Below are positions 1 to 7,991 of a stretch of 28,966 nucleotides of DNA, piece after piece. Where the stretch lies: NCBI GenBank assembly GCA_044236265.1, contig JBIIGV010000026.1, positions 1 to 28,966 on the forward strand. Direction: 5' to 3'. Every line of letters starts with the position of its first letter. Within the stretch, counting starts at the first letter, position 1. Origin of the DNA: Oligoflexales bacterium (lineage in GTDB: Bacteria; Bdellovibrionota_B; Oligoflexia; Oligoflexales; RGVZ01). The position numbers and the translations under genes are program-made. Under the pieces are notes generated by a model. It made no database searches and was not told the DNA's origin. It was given only the letters and a program-made list of their open reading frames with translations.

Positions 1-672
1 GTCGAAACCGTTTTGCCCAAGCTCCATCGTCACACCCACACCGCCGACTGAATTCAACCATTCGTCAGAGCACTTGCCGTCGGCTGAAAAGCCCTTTCCC
101 CAATGAGTAATTAATGTGACGTCCGGCGCAACCAGACGAGCAAACTCAAAGCCACTTTTCGAATAAGGAAAGATCCAAAATGGACGATCAATTGTCAGTT
201 TCACCTGATGAAAATCCAGAAGCCGCCTGGATCGAGATAGCAAAGCTTCCAGCTCGTCTGCACGTCGATCTTCGGCTGTTTCTATATTAGTTCGACCAAA
301 GGAGCGGTTTAAATCACGCTCTACAAACCGCACGCCCTTGAGGGCCGCAGGAATATTTCCCAATGCCAATCCAAGAGATTGCTCAAGACGGACCGCCCCC
401 CTTGTGACAAGCTCTAAAAACTCAACCATGACCCCTAGCCCTGCCACCTCAACCCCGTGGATAAGCGCCGTAACAGTCAGTGCAACGTCCTTTGTGACCG
501 TCTCCTTGGGGGGGAGCGGGCTTTGCTTTGGTGAGAGGACGTGTACCCGAGGAGCTAATGTTTCGACTCTGTAATGTGCCCTGGCCTCGTCAATCAACGC
601 ATCAAACTGCGTCAGGAAAGACTGGACGGTGACTAGAGGATCTCGCATCTTGCCAGACTGCGCATCGACCAT
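1..672 (-). CDS. Succinylglutamate desuccinylase/aspartoacylase (AstE/AspA, M14-like Zn hydrolase) family protein, running off the left edge
   Basis: Manual translation from ATG at 672 (AGGAG RBS upstream) is open to position 1: MVDAQSGKMRDPL...ALIHGVE...LGNIPAALKGVRFVERDLNRSFG...LLDFHQ...VTMELG. HGxE, GNxxA..RF...DLNR, LDxH and TxELG are family motifs. Not in the ORF track because there is no stop in the window. Confidence 0.85.
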   Translation of the reverse strand, partial: MVDAQSGKMRDPLVTVQSFLTQFDALIDEARAHYRVETLAPRVHVLSPKQSPLPPKETVTKDVALTVTALIHGVEVAGLGVMVEFLELVTRGAVRLEQSLGLALGNIPAALKGVRFVERDLNRSFGRTNIETAEDRRADELEALLSRSRRLLDFHQVKLTIDRPFWIFPYSKSGFEFARLVAPDVTLITHWGKGFSADGKCSDEWLNSVGGVGVTMELGQNGFD

Positions 673-700
673 GGGGGGGTGATCTCCTGGAGCTAAGAAT

Positions 701-729
701 TCGAAATTTGTGAGAAACTTTGGCATAAT
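701..729 (+). promoter_or_regulatory. Putative sigma-70 promoter for the lipoprotein pair
   Basis: TCGAAA (701-706), 17 nt, CATAAT (724-729), with extended -10 TG at 721-722. Confidence 0.4.
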
Positions 730-762
730 AGCCTAAACAGACCTCTCAGAGGAATGGACATT

Positions 763-1074
763 ATGAGTCATTTTGGCAAATTTTTGATGACGGTTCCGGT
801 GCTTTTTCTCCTGGGCTGCGACCCCGAAGGCAAAAAAGAATGCCAGTGGACTCTGGAGCCTGAACCGAACCTGATTGGGACCACATCGGAACCAGGCATG
901 ATTCCGGTTTGTGCTCGAAATCGGAAAACCAACAAGCAGGACTGTCGATTTCAAGCGCCGCTGGACTTTGCAAAATCGGCGTTCGAAAAGAAATTTAAAT
1001 ACGTGGACATTGATTCTGATAACAGCAAAATGCCACGAGTAATCAAAAGTATAAAATATTGCTCATCTAAATAG
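763..1074 (+). CDS. Small hypothetical lipoprotein
   Basis: The track ORF starts at 754, but the GAGGA RBS favours ATG 763. Signal peptide ends in lipobox FLLGC; four more Cys in the mature part. Confidence 0.75.
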   Translation: MSHFGKFLMTVPVLFLLGCDPEGKKECQWTLEPEPNLIGTTSEPGMIPVCARNRKTNKQDCRFQAPLDFAKSAFEKKFKYVDIDSDNSKMPRVIKSIKYCSSK

Positions 1075-1083
1075 GGTTGATAC

Positions 1084-1716
1084 ATGAAAAAGAATCTTTT
1101 GATGCTTTCTCTCGTCACCGCCAGCTCACTCGGATCTTGCGTTTCGTCGTCTCCTGCTGAGGCAGAAACGGTTCGCACGTCAGCAGCAAAGAAGCCCACT
1201 GCAGCCGAGCAGTCCAAACTAAACTCTGCCGCTGATGCAGATTCAAAATCGGCAGCACTGAAACCAGGCACAGACAGTGCGGACCCTGCTAAAATCCAGC
1301 CTGAATTTCAAAATGAATTTGCGCGACAGTTGGCCGCTGCTGGTCCCAAAGCTGAGGGTTGGGCATTATTTTCTGAAGCCGGCATGAGCTTTCCGGGTCA
1401 GCGATGGATCATTCGCACCAACACTCCGGGAAAAGATGCCATCTCTTTGTGTGAAATAAAACAAACCCAAAAGTCATGCACAAAAAGATCAATTACAAAA
1501 AAGCAGTTTGATCGCTTCACATCGACCTTCGCTCAGGCAGATAAGCTTTCCCACCTGTTGCCAACGTCATTTGACGGCATCAATTTTGAATACCTCCATG
1601 CAAGGACGGGCGTGCCCACTCCGGTGCGCGTTGTATTCATTTCAAGTGCAACGCCATTTCCGCCAGAGTATGAGGCGATCGTCACCGCATTCACAACTTT
1701 AGCGACATCGAAATAA
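1084..1716 (+). CDS. Hypothetical lipoprotein
   Basis: MKK followed by a hydrophobic stretch and lipobox LGSC, an Ala/Lys/Ser-rich linker, then a globular domain. Starts 9 nt after the previous stop. Confidence 0.8.
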   Translation: MKKNLLMLSLVTASSLGSCVSSSPAEAETVRTSAAKKPTAAEQSKLNSAADADSKSAALKPGTDSADPAKIQPEFQNEFARQLAAAGPKAEGWALFSEAGMSFPGQRWIIRTNTPGKDAISLCEIKQTQKSCTKRSITKKQFDRFTSTFAQADKLSHLLPTSFDGINFEYLHARTGVPTPVRVVFISSATPFPPEYEAIVTAFTTLATSK

Positions 1717-1718
1717 AT

Positions 1719-2777
1719 TTAGCGTCCGAGACAAATACCTATCGATTCTGCAGCGCGTAGATAAGGATCCGTCAGCGAGATGGCTCGTGTTCCGTCATCG
1801 AACTCGTCGTAACCAATATCTGAGATTTGACCGCCGCGATATCCCACGACTCGCCCGTATTTTTTCTGCGCAGCCAAATCCACAGCATGGACTCCAAAGG
1901 CCGTTGCAAGAATGCGGTCAATTGTCACCGGCGACCCACCGCGCTGAATATGCCCCAGAACTGTAACTCTGGTATCAATACCGGTTTTTTGATGGATTTT
2001 GCTAGCCACCTCGCCAGCAATGCCACCCAAATGCAAGGAGCCGGTGGATGACTTGCGAAACATCGGATCTTTACCATGCTCCCTGGCACCTTCGGCAACG
2101 ACAATGACCGAAAAGTTACGACCGCGCTTGCGGCGATCGTCCATCGCTCTGACAATCGCATCAAAATCAAATGGAATTTCTGGGATCAGAATCACATTGG
2201 CAGCGGCTGCAATGCCTGCGTGCAAAGCAATAAACCCTGCATCACGTCCCATCACTTCAGCCACCATCACCCGACTATGGGCTTCAGCGGTTGAATGTAA
2301 GCGACTTATGGATTCGGCCGCCACGTCGACAGCTGTCATAAAACCAATCGAAATATCGGTTGCGAGATAGTCGTTGTCGATCGTTTTTGGAATACCAATG
2401 ATTGGCATCCCGGCGTCATGGAGCTGCAGAGCCATGCGCTGGGTTCCATCTCCACCAACAACAATGAGACAATCGAGGCCCAACGCCTGCCAATTTTTAA
2501 AGGCCTTTGCTTTCGCTTCTGCACCTTTTTGTGGGTCTTTGAAAGGACTACCCTTATTCGAGGTCCCCAGGATCGTGCCGCCTTTGTCGATGATTCCTGC
2601 GACATCTGTTAGGCTAAGCTTTTGAACAGCCGGGGGATCACAAAGTAGTCCATTGAGACTGTCCTGGATCCCATAAACATCCATTTTATGATTCAAAATC
2701 GCATGTCTTGTGACTGCTCGAATCACCGCGTTCAGACCCGGGCAGTCGCCACCGCCAGTACAAATACCGATTTTCAT
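1719..2777 (-). CDS. pfkA: 6-phosphofructokinase (PfkA family, group III-like)
   Basis: TGGGDCPGLNAVIR, GGTILGTS, GGDGT, PKTIDND, EVMGRDAG, VVAEG, LGHIQRGG motifs. Confidence 0.95.
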   Translation of the reverse strand: MKIGICTGGGDCPGLNAVIRAVTRHAILNHKMDVYGIQDSLNGLLCDPPAVQKLSLTDVAGIIDKGGTILGTSNKGSPFKDPQKGAEAKAKAFKNWQALGLDCLIVVGGDGTQRMALQLHDAGMPIIGIPKTIDNDYLATDISIGFMTAVDVAAESISRLHSTAEAHSRVMVAEVMGRDAGFIALHAGIAAAANVILIPEIPFDFDAIVRAMDDRRKRGRNFSVIVVAEGAREHGKDPMFRKSSTGSLHLGGIAGEVASKIHQKTGIDTRVTVLGHIQRGGSPVTIDRILATAFGVHAVDLAAQKKYGRVVGYRGGQISDIGYDEFDDGTRAISLTDPYLRAAESIGICLGR

Positions 2778-2931
2778 CGGATTATTACCTCAACTTCAGG
2801 TTAGTTATTCCCTCATGCTCATCGTAAGCGAAGTCACTGATCACTTGCAACTGACCCGGGTAAAACCTGCCTATCACGAAAAAGCACCGACCCACTTATG
2901 ATAATATATAGCTACAGATAAGGGAGTTAAC

Positions 2932-4119
2932 GTGAACGCACCAGCACCCTCAATGCCAGGAAAGATCCTCGTGATTGACGATGATCCTGCGTTTTTGAAT
3001 TCACTCGAGCAAATGTTTGCTAAACATCAAATCACGGTTTTGAAAGCCAGTGATCTAGATAGCGCTCTGTATTTGTACAACCAAAATCGCTTTGATGTCG
3101 TCTTGATCGAGCTTGATTTTGGCCCTCTTCCCGGACTTGCATTCATCCAGAAATGGCGTCAACACGACATCAGCGAGAAACGACACACAGGCTTTATTGT
3201 CATGGCGAGTAATCAAAGAACCTCAGGCCAAGAGGGTCTCGCCAAAGAACTTGACGATATTGAGATCGTAGCAAAACCGTTTAAAGACATTCAAATCCTC
3301 CCAGTTTTAGCCAAAGCTGCGGCGACTAAACAGCGACTCCTTACCTTTGCCGAATTCAAAGACAAGATTGTGACACCTTACGTAAAATCAGGTAACACTC
3401 AAAAAGCGATCGACAAAGTCCAAGGGATGATTGCTCAGATCGGAGACAAAGGCCGCAAACTGCTTTTGGATATTTACGAAGGCGCATCACGCTGGCAAGA
3501 CACACTCGATACCGCACTCAAAATGCTAGAGACCAAGCAAAATGACATCGGCCTCAATAACACGGCCGGACGAATGTACATGAAGCTTGGAAAGTTCACA
3601 TTGGCAAAGCCCTTCATTGAAAAAGCCGATCAATTGGCTCCTCAAAATATCGATCGCCTGACTGAACTTGCGACAATGTACCTAAAACTTAAAGAACCGG
3701 AAAAATCAGTCGAACGATTTAAAGAGCTGATTAAACTGAATCCGGAGCAACCAGACTATAAGTTCGAGGCGTTCAAAAAACTTTACGACGCAGGATATGA
3801 CAATCACGCGATTGCGTTTGGAAAAGAAGTGGCAAACCCCATGGAGATTGTTCGCCACTACAACAACAAAGGCGTACTCCTCGCCAAAGATGGAAAACTT
3901 TTAGAGGCGATCGAAGAGTATGGCCGAGCCCTCAAGTTTTATCCGAAGTTCAAAGAAAACTACCGGATCTATTACAACCTCGCTCTGGCACACCTTCAAC
4001 TTAAAACCGCTGATGATGCGAAGAAGGCTGAGGTCTTTCTTCTCAAGGCTCTCGAGCTAGAGCCGACATATGAAAAAGCAAAAACGGCCTTGGCCACATT
4101 GACCAAGACCGCTTCTTGA
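2932..4119 (+). CDS. Atypical receiver-domain protein with C-terminal TPR repeats
   Basis: N-terminal REC fold (ILVIDDD ... FDVVLIE ... KPF). TPR-like helices such as YNNKGVLLAKDGKLLEAIEEYGRALKFYP and YYNLALAHL...ALELEP. GTG start with GGGAG RBS. Confidence 0.9.
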   Translation: MNAPAPSMPGKILVIDDDPAFLNSLEQMFAKHQITVLKASDLDSALYLYNQNRFDVVLIELDFGPLPGLAFIQKWRQHDISEKRHTGFIVMASNQRTSGQEGLAKELDDIEIVAKPFKDIQILPVLAKAAATKQRLLTFAEFKDKIVTPYVKSGNTQKAIDKVQGMIAQIGDKGRKLLLDIYEGASRWQDTLDTALKMLETKQNDIGLNNTAGRMYMKLGKFTLAKPFIEKADQLAPQNIDRLTELATMYLKLKEPEKSVERFKELIKLNPEQPDYKFEAFKKLYDAGYDNHAIAFGKEVANPMEIVRHYNNKGVLLAKDGKLLEAIEEYGRALKFYPKFKENYRIYYNLALAHLQLKTADDAKKAEVFLLKALELEPTYEKAKTALATLTKTAS

Positions 4120-4146
4120 TAATCTTAGATACACGATCCGCGAAGC

Positions 4147-4293
4147 TTATTTCTTCTTGAAGCCGCGACGGAATGTCAAACCAGCGCGCTGGCCAGGAAT
4201 ACTCTTAACTTGCTTGCGACGACGAGCAATTTTCATTTTCGCGCGTAGCTTTGCAGTTCTCTTACGGTTACGTGGTGGACGGTTCTTACGCAT
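4147..4293 (-). CDS. 48-aa highly basic small protein (hypothetical, ribosomal-protein-like composition)
   Basis: ATG 4293 to TAA 4147: MRKNRPPRNRKRTAKLRAKMKIARRRKQVKSIPGQRAGLTFRRGFKKK. AAAGGA RBS upstream. Fills an otherwise empty gap and is below the track's length cut-off. Confidence 0.75.
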   Translation of the reverse strand: MRKNRPPRNRKRTAKLRAKMKIARRRKQVKSIPGQRAGLTFRRGFKKK

Positions 4294-4346
4294 AACTTAA
4301 ATCCTTTATTTGAAAAATAATCCTTACGAGTTTATGACACATCGAC

Positions 4347-5006
4347 TTAGAGCTTCATGCCCAGTCCAAGTCGAATATCGGTGATCGGCGCTGATGTGTC
4401 GACGAAGAGCGCAGTATCAGTGCTTTCTTGCTTCGTCGTAACTGTATCATTACCAACTTTTCGAACACTCTCTGTTTCCGTTACTGCAAACAGCGGGTTC
4501 TCGAACAGGGGGATCTCGACCTCAACGAAAAAGTCGCCACCGAGACCCGTTCGAATACCTGCATTTCCGCCGTAATACAAGCCACTTGTTGTGGTCTGGT
4601 TGTACCCATCCGTAACCCAGACGGCTGTTTTAGTGTTAACTAAGCTAGCAATTCCCGAGACATACGGAACAATTGCATCAGCAAATGGCTTAAAATAATG
4701 ACGCGCTCCACCACGAAGAACCATCCCGACCGAGTTGTCAGGGGTCGGAGTACCCCCACTTCCGGAGTAGCTGCGCAGTGCAATCTCAGCACCGCCAATC
4801 CATGCCATGTCCGTGGTCAGATCGTCCGTATAACGACCACCCAAACTGATGGTGCTGGTGGAACCTGTATTTTTACCTTCGATTTTGGGACTTGAACGCT
4901 GATAGAAGCCAGATAGTAAGGTCACGTCTGCTGCAAGAGCTGATGTCGATACTGTCAAAACTATCAAGGCTAGAGCGGAAATACGAGCATTGGAGCCAAA
5001 CAACAT
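4347..5006 (-). CDS. Outer-membrane beta-barrel protein (small, about 8-stranded type)
   Basis: Likely start ATG 5006 (GGGAG RBS) rather than 5144. Signal peptide MLFGSNARISALALIVLTVSTSALA; alternating beta-strand patterns (GGARHYF, IVPYVSG, YYGGNAGIR, FFVEVE); terminal strand IRLGLGMKL. Confidence 0.8.
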   Translation of the reverse strand: MLFGSNARISALALIVLTVSTSALAADVTLLSGFYQRSSPKIEGKNTGSTSTISLGGRYTDDLTTDMAWIGGAEIALRSYSGSGGTPTPDNSVGMVLRGGARHYFKPFADAIVPYVSGIASLVNTKTAVWVTDGYNQTTTSGLYYGGNAGIRTGLGGDFFVEVEIPLFENPLFAVTETESVRKVGNDTVTTKQESTDTALFVDTSAPITDIRLGLGMKL

Positions 5007-5147
5007 GGGGCGTCTCCCGGAAAAAATTAATCTTGAGCCCGAGCGGAACTCCGGCAAAGAGGTTGAGAGTTTACCCCGAATGCCTAATTCAGCAAGGAAT
5101 ATTTGGAACTTGGGCCTCACTCCACCATGCATACGCCAGCACACAAC

Positions 5148-5174
5148 TTAAGCAGACCTCCAGGAGGCCGATAG
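5148..5174 (+). promoter_or_regulatory. Putative sigma-28 (FliA)-type promoter
   Basis: TTAAG-N14-GCCGATAG versus consensus TAAA-N15-GCCGATAA, about 50 nt upstream of the 5226 start. Confidence 0.55.
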
Positions 5175-5225
5175 CCTCTGCAATCACTTATTACAAAAAT
5201 CACCTGTACTTAGGAGATCTCGACC

Positions 5226-5924
5226 ATGCATTCAGCGCTCTTCTCGATGACAGTGATCGCAACGCTGGCAGCTGCTTCCTGCAAAACCACCTCCGACGGA
5301 AGCGGGCTTAAAAACCAAAATCTTCGTCGCAATCAACAAACACCTGTCATCGCTGAATCTGTTTTGTCGTTTGATGTGAAGACACTGAAAGCTCATCTTG
5401 CGAATGCCCAGGATCCTGCAATGTCAAAACTTGGACTTTGGTCGGCCTTCCTTGAGGAACCACAGCAGGACTCACCCTGCCCTGGCAAAGCGATCGAATC
5501 CTATTACATGATTGATCAAAGCGCTGAAGATGCGGCTGAGAAAATTTACGTTTTCAGCGCAAAACCAATGCCCATGAATGGACCTTGCGGCCTGGTTTTA
5601 GATACCGAGATTAAAAACTTCAATGAAGCCTCACGCGCGCTCATGGAGAGCTCTCCGCTTGCGGAAATCGGAACATTCGACAAGATCAAATTCAGCGTCA
5701 AGCAGGCCGTCGAGAAGGCAGAAACCCACTACAAAACGTTCAAATACAGGGACGGTGTAAAAATATACCGCCACCTACATCCAACGACCTGGAACCATCC
5801 ATGGTTTGCTCTTTACGGAACTGCCTGCGGTATCGATGCAACCGTCTACTTTAATGCAGAAACTGCCGAAATTATTGATATGCTCGACAGCCCCTCAGCA
5901 GACCCATGCCCAAATAGAAATTGA
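5226..5924 (+). CDS. Hypothetical lipoprotein with PepSY-like C-terminal region
   Basis: AGGAG RBS and lipobox AAASC. C-terminal FSVKQAVEKAE...WFALYG...ATVYFNAETAEII resembles the PepSY helix-plus-strands pattern. Confidence 0.75.
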   Translation: MHSALFSMTVIATLAAASCKTTSDGSGLKNQNLRRNQQTPVIAESVLSFDVKTLKAHLANAQDPAMSKLGLWSAFLEEPQQDSPCPGKAIESYYMIDQSAEDAAEKIYVFSAKPMPMNGPCGLVLDTEIKNFNEASRALMESSPLAEIGTFDKIKFSVKQAVEKAETHYKTFKYRDGVKIYRHLHPTTWNHPWFALYGTACGIDATVYFNAETAEIIDMLDSPSADPCPNRN

Positions 5925-5965
5925 GTCATCATATCAGGCATTTAAAAATAATTTGGTCAAAACCA

Positions 5966-5992
5966 TAAAGTTCTAAAAAATGATCCCGAATA
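5966..5992 (+). promoter_or_regulatory. Putative sigma-28 (FliA)-type promoter
   Basis: TAAAGTT -35 element; TAAA-N15-CCCGAATA upstream of the carbonic anhydrase. Confidence 0.45.
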
Positions 5993-6049
5993 TCACCCGG
6001 TCTGCGTGGTCTTTCACCCGAAAGTTCAATGCAGGTGGGAGGCATTTTT

Positions 6050-7216
6050 ATGAGCGATGGTGCAAAGCAGTTTATGGCGTGGACGATGGCTTTTGGATTG
6101 TCTGCCACCGTATATGGCGGCGGAGCTTTCTGGTTGAAGAAAACGAGCGCGCACCAAGACCACGGATCTCATGCCGATCAGGCATCAGCTCACGAATCCA
6201 AGGGGACACACTCCAACGACGCGGGCGTTCATGGAAATGCGCACGATGCGCCAATCGCCCATGACGAGCATGGAAATGATCACGGCACCGCCTCCGCGCA
6301 CGACTCAGCTCATGAGGCTAAAAAACACCAATCCACCGTGCATGCCAGCAAGGACTCGCAGCACGATGAACACAAAACAGAAACTGCGATGCGAGGGGAT
6401 CACCATGCTTCATCTGATGAGGGCGACAACTCGCACCAAGAAAAAGCTGACAAACATGCAGAAGTGAAGGACGCTCATGCTGCCGATAAAGACAAGCACG
6501 CGGCTCCACACTGGTCTTACCTGAAAAACGACGCTGGTGGGCCATCGCACTGGGGAGACCTCGCCCGTAATTTTGCGATGTGCGAAAAAGGACGCGAGCA
6601 ATCACCCATCGATATCGGTCGCGCCAGCTCATCCAAAATTGCTCCAAAACTTGAATGGGATTACGGTGCTGCGAGTCTTCAGATTGAAAACAACGGCCAC
6701 ACAATTCAATCAAATATTGTTGGCGAAAAGTTCGGAATCAAAATCGATGGCGAGAGCTTTAAATTGGCTCAGTTTCACTTTCATGCCCCAAGCGAACATC
6801 GTATTTCCGGCATCCCATCTGACATGGAACTTCACTTCGTACACAAAAACGCATCGGGTGGGCTGGCCGTCGTTGGCGTCATGATTAACGAGTTAGCCGG
6901 TCGCGAGAATAAGTTTTTTAAACCAATCTGGGATGTCCTGCCTCGAGACTTTCACACAAAAGTACAAAATCCTGTGACGGTGGCCCTGGAGTCCCTCATG
7001 CCAGCTGGCCGCCAGTATTTTCACTACCAGGGTAGCCTCACCACCCCACCCTGCTCCGAGGGCGTGCGATGGTTTGTATTAAAAGACCCAGTGACCATGT
7101 CCAGCGGCCAGATCGAGATGTACACCAGCGTCTTTCACGGGCCCACCAATCGACCCGTGCAGCCATTACAAGGACGCGAGATTATTACGAACGGAACACC
7201 ATCTCTAGCACACTGA
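6050..7216 (+). CDS. cah: Alpha-class carbonic anhydrase with N-terminal hydrophobic segment and His-rich linker
   Basis: HWSY..GPSHWG, C..G..QSPIDI, NNGHT, QFHFHAPSEH, ELHFVH (three Zn-ligand His), YQGSLTTPPCSEGVRW, NRPVQPL. GGGAGG RBS favours ATG 6050 over 6029. Confidence 0.95.
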   Translation: MSDGAKQFMAWTMAFGLSATVYGGGAFWLKKTSAHQDHGSHADQASAHESKGTHSNDAGVHGNAHDAPIAHDEHGNDHGTASAHDSAHEAKKHQSTVHASKDSQHDEHKTETAMRGDHHASSDEGDNSHQEKADKHAEVKDAHAADKDKHAAPHWSYLKNDAGGPSHWGDLARNFAMCEKGREQSPIDIGRASSSKIAPKLEWDYGAASLQIENNGHTIQSNIVGEKFGIKIDGESFKLAQFHFHAPSEHRISGIPSDMELHFVHKNASGGLAVVGVMINELAGRENKFFKPIWDVLPRDFHTKVQNPVTVALESLMPAGRQYFHYQGSLTTPPCSEGVRWFVLKDPVTMSSGQIEMYTSVFHGPTNRPVQPLQGREIITNGTPSLAH

Positions 7217-7392
7217 GTTCATTTATTAAGCAATCACACTCACCACAACCATTAATGGTGGATTCCCGTTTTGCTTTTGGGTAGAGTCGGCCCTCAACGA
7301 AACGTAAAATGAAGTGAACCGTTGTTATTTCAAATTGTTACAGGAGTAACAGTCGGATTCACTCAAATATATTTTGTGTGGGATAGCGATCA

Positions 7393-7968
7393 GTGATTCA
7401 GAATGATTCGAACCTTAACCCCGGCTTAAATGTCGCTGCACTGGGAATGATGTCTGCAGAAGACGTCGTGATCAGCCCTATAAGTGCCGAGGATCGGGAC
7501 GTCGTGACAGAGATGATCCGCAGGGGAATTGGTGCTTATGAAGAAGCTGGAACCGTTCTCGCCAGCACATTTCGTCGCTTGGATAACGTCTCTGCTGTTT
7601 ACGAATCTCCAGGCTCTATCTACATCGTCGCGCGCGACAAAAGTAATAACGGTTTGATCATCGGAGGCGCAGGTCTTGGCCCCCTTCACGGTCTTTCGCC
7701 GATGGAAGGCCTCGGTGAGATCCGGGACCTCGTCGTAGACCCCCGATGGAGAGGCCACGGTATTGGAGCCAGACTTATCAAGCGAAGCCTCGACGAGGCC
7801 AAGCGCCTGGGCTATCAGCGACTTTATCTTGAGACTACGCCACAAATGGAACAAGCCCGAAAACTCTTTATTCGCTATGGATTCAGGCCGGTTACGACGG
7901 GCTCCCCCAAGGTTGGCCAAACTGGTGATACCATGCCGTGTTACTACATTCTCGAGAACCTATCCTAA
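7393..7968 (+). CDS. GNAT family N-acetyltransferase
   Basis: IIGGAGLGPL, acetyl-CoA motif VDPRWRGHGIG, GYQRLYLET..M..A..L...GF. Exact start uncertain. Confidence 0.9.
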   Translation: MIQNDSNLNPGLNVAALGMMSAEDVVISPISAEDRDVVTEMIRRGIGAYEEAGTVLASTFRRLDNVSAVYESPGSIYIVARDKSNNGLIIGGAGLGPLHGLSPMEGLGEIRDLVVDPRWRGHGIGARLIKRSLDEAKRLGYQRLYLETTPQMEQARKLFIRYGFRPVTTGSPKVGQTGDTMPCYYILENLS

Positions 7969-7991
7969 GCCTGGGGTGACACCTTTTGGGC

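Noticed and set aside
338..574. 78-aa plus-strand ORF
   Set aside because: Antisense shadow of the AstE/AspA-family gene (1-672, minus).
4892..5311. 139-aa plus ORF, and the long N-terminal extension of the OMP to 5144
   Set aside because: They span the divergent promoter region. The signal peptide and RBS put the OMP start at 5006.
6171..6713. Several alternative-frame ORFs in the His-rich region; possible DNA tandem repeat
   Set aside because: By-products of low-complexity coding. No regular nucleotide repeat unit or CRISPR-like repeat-spacer pattern.
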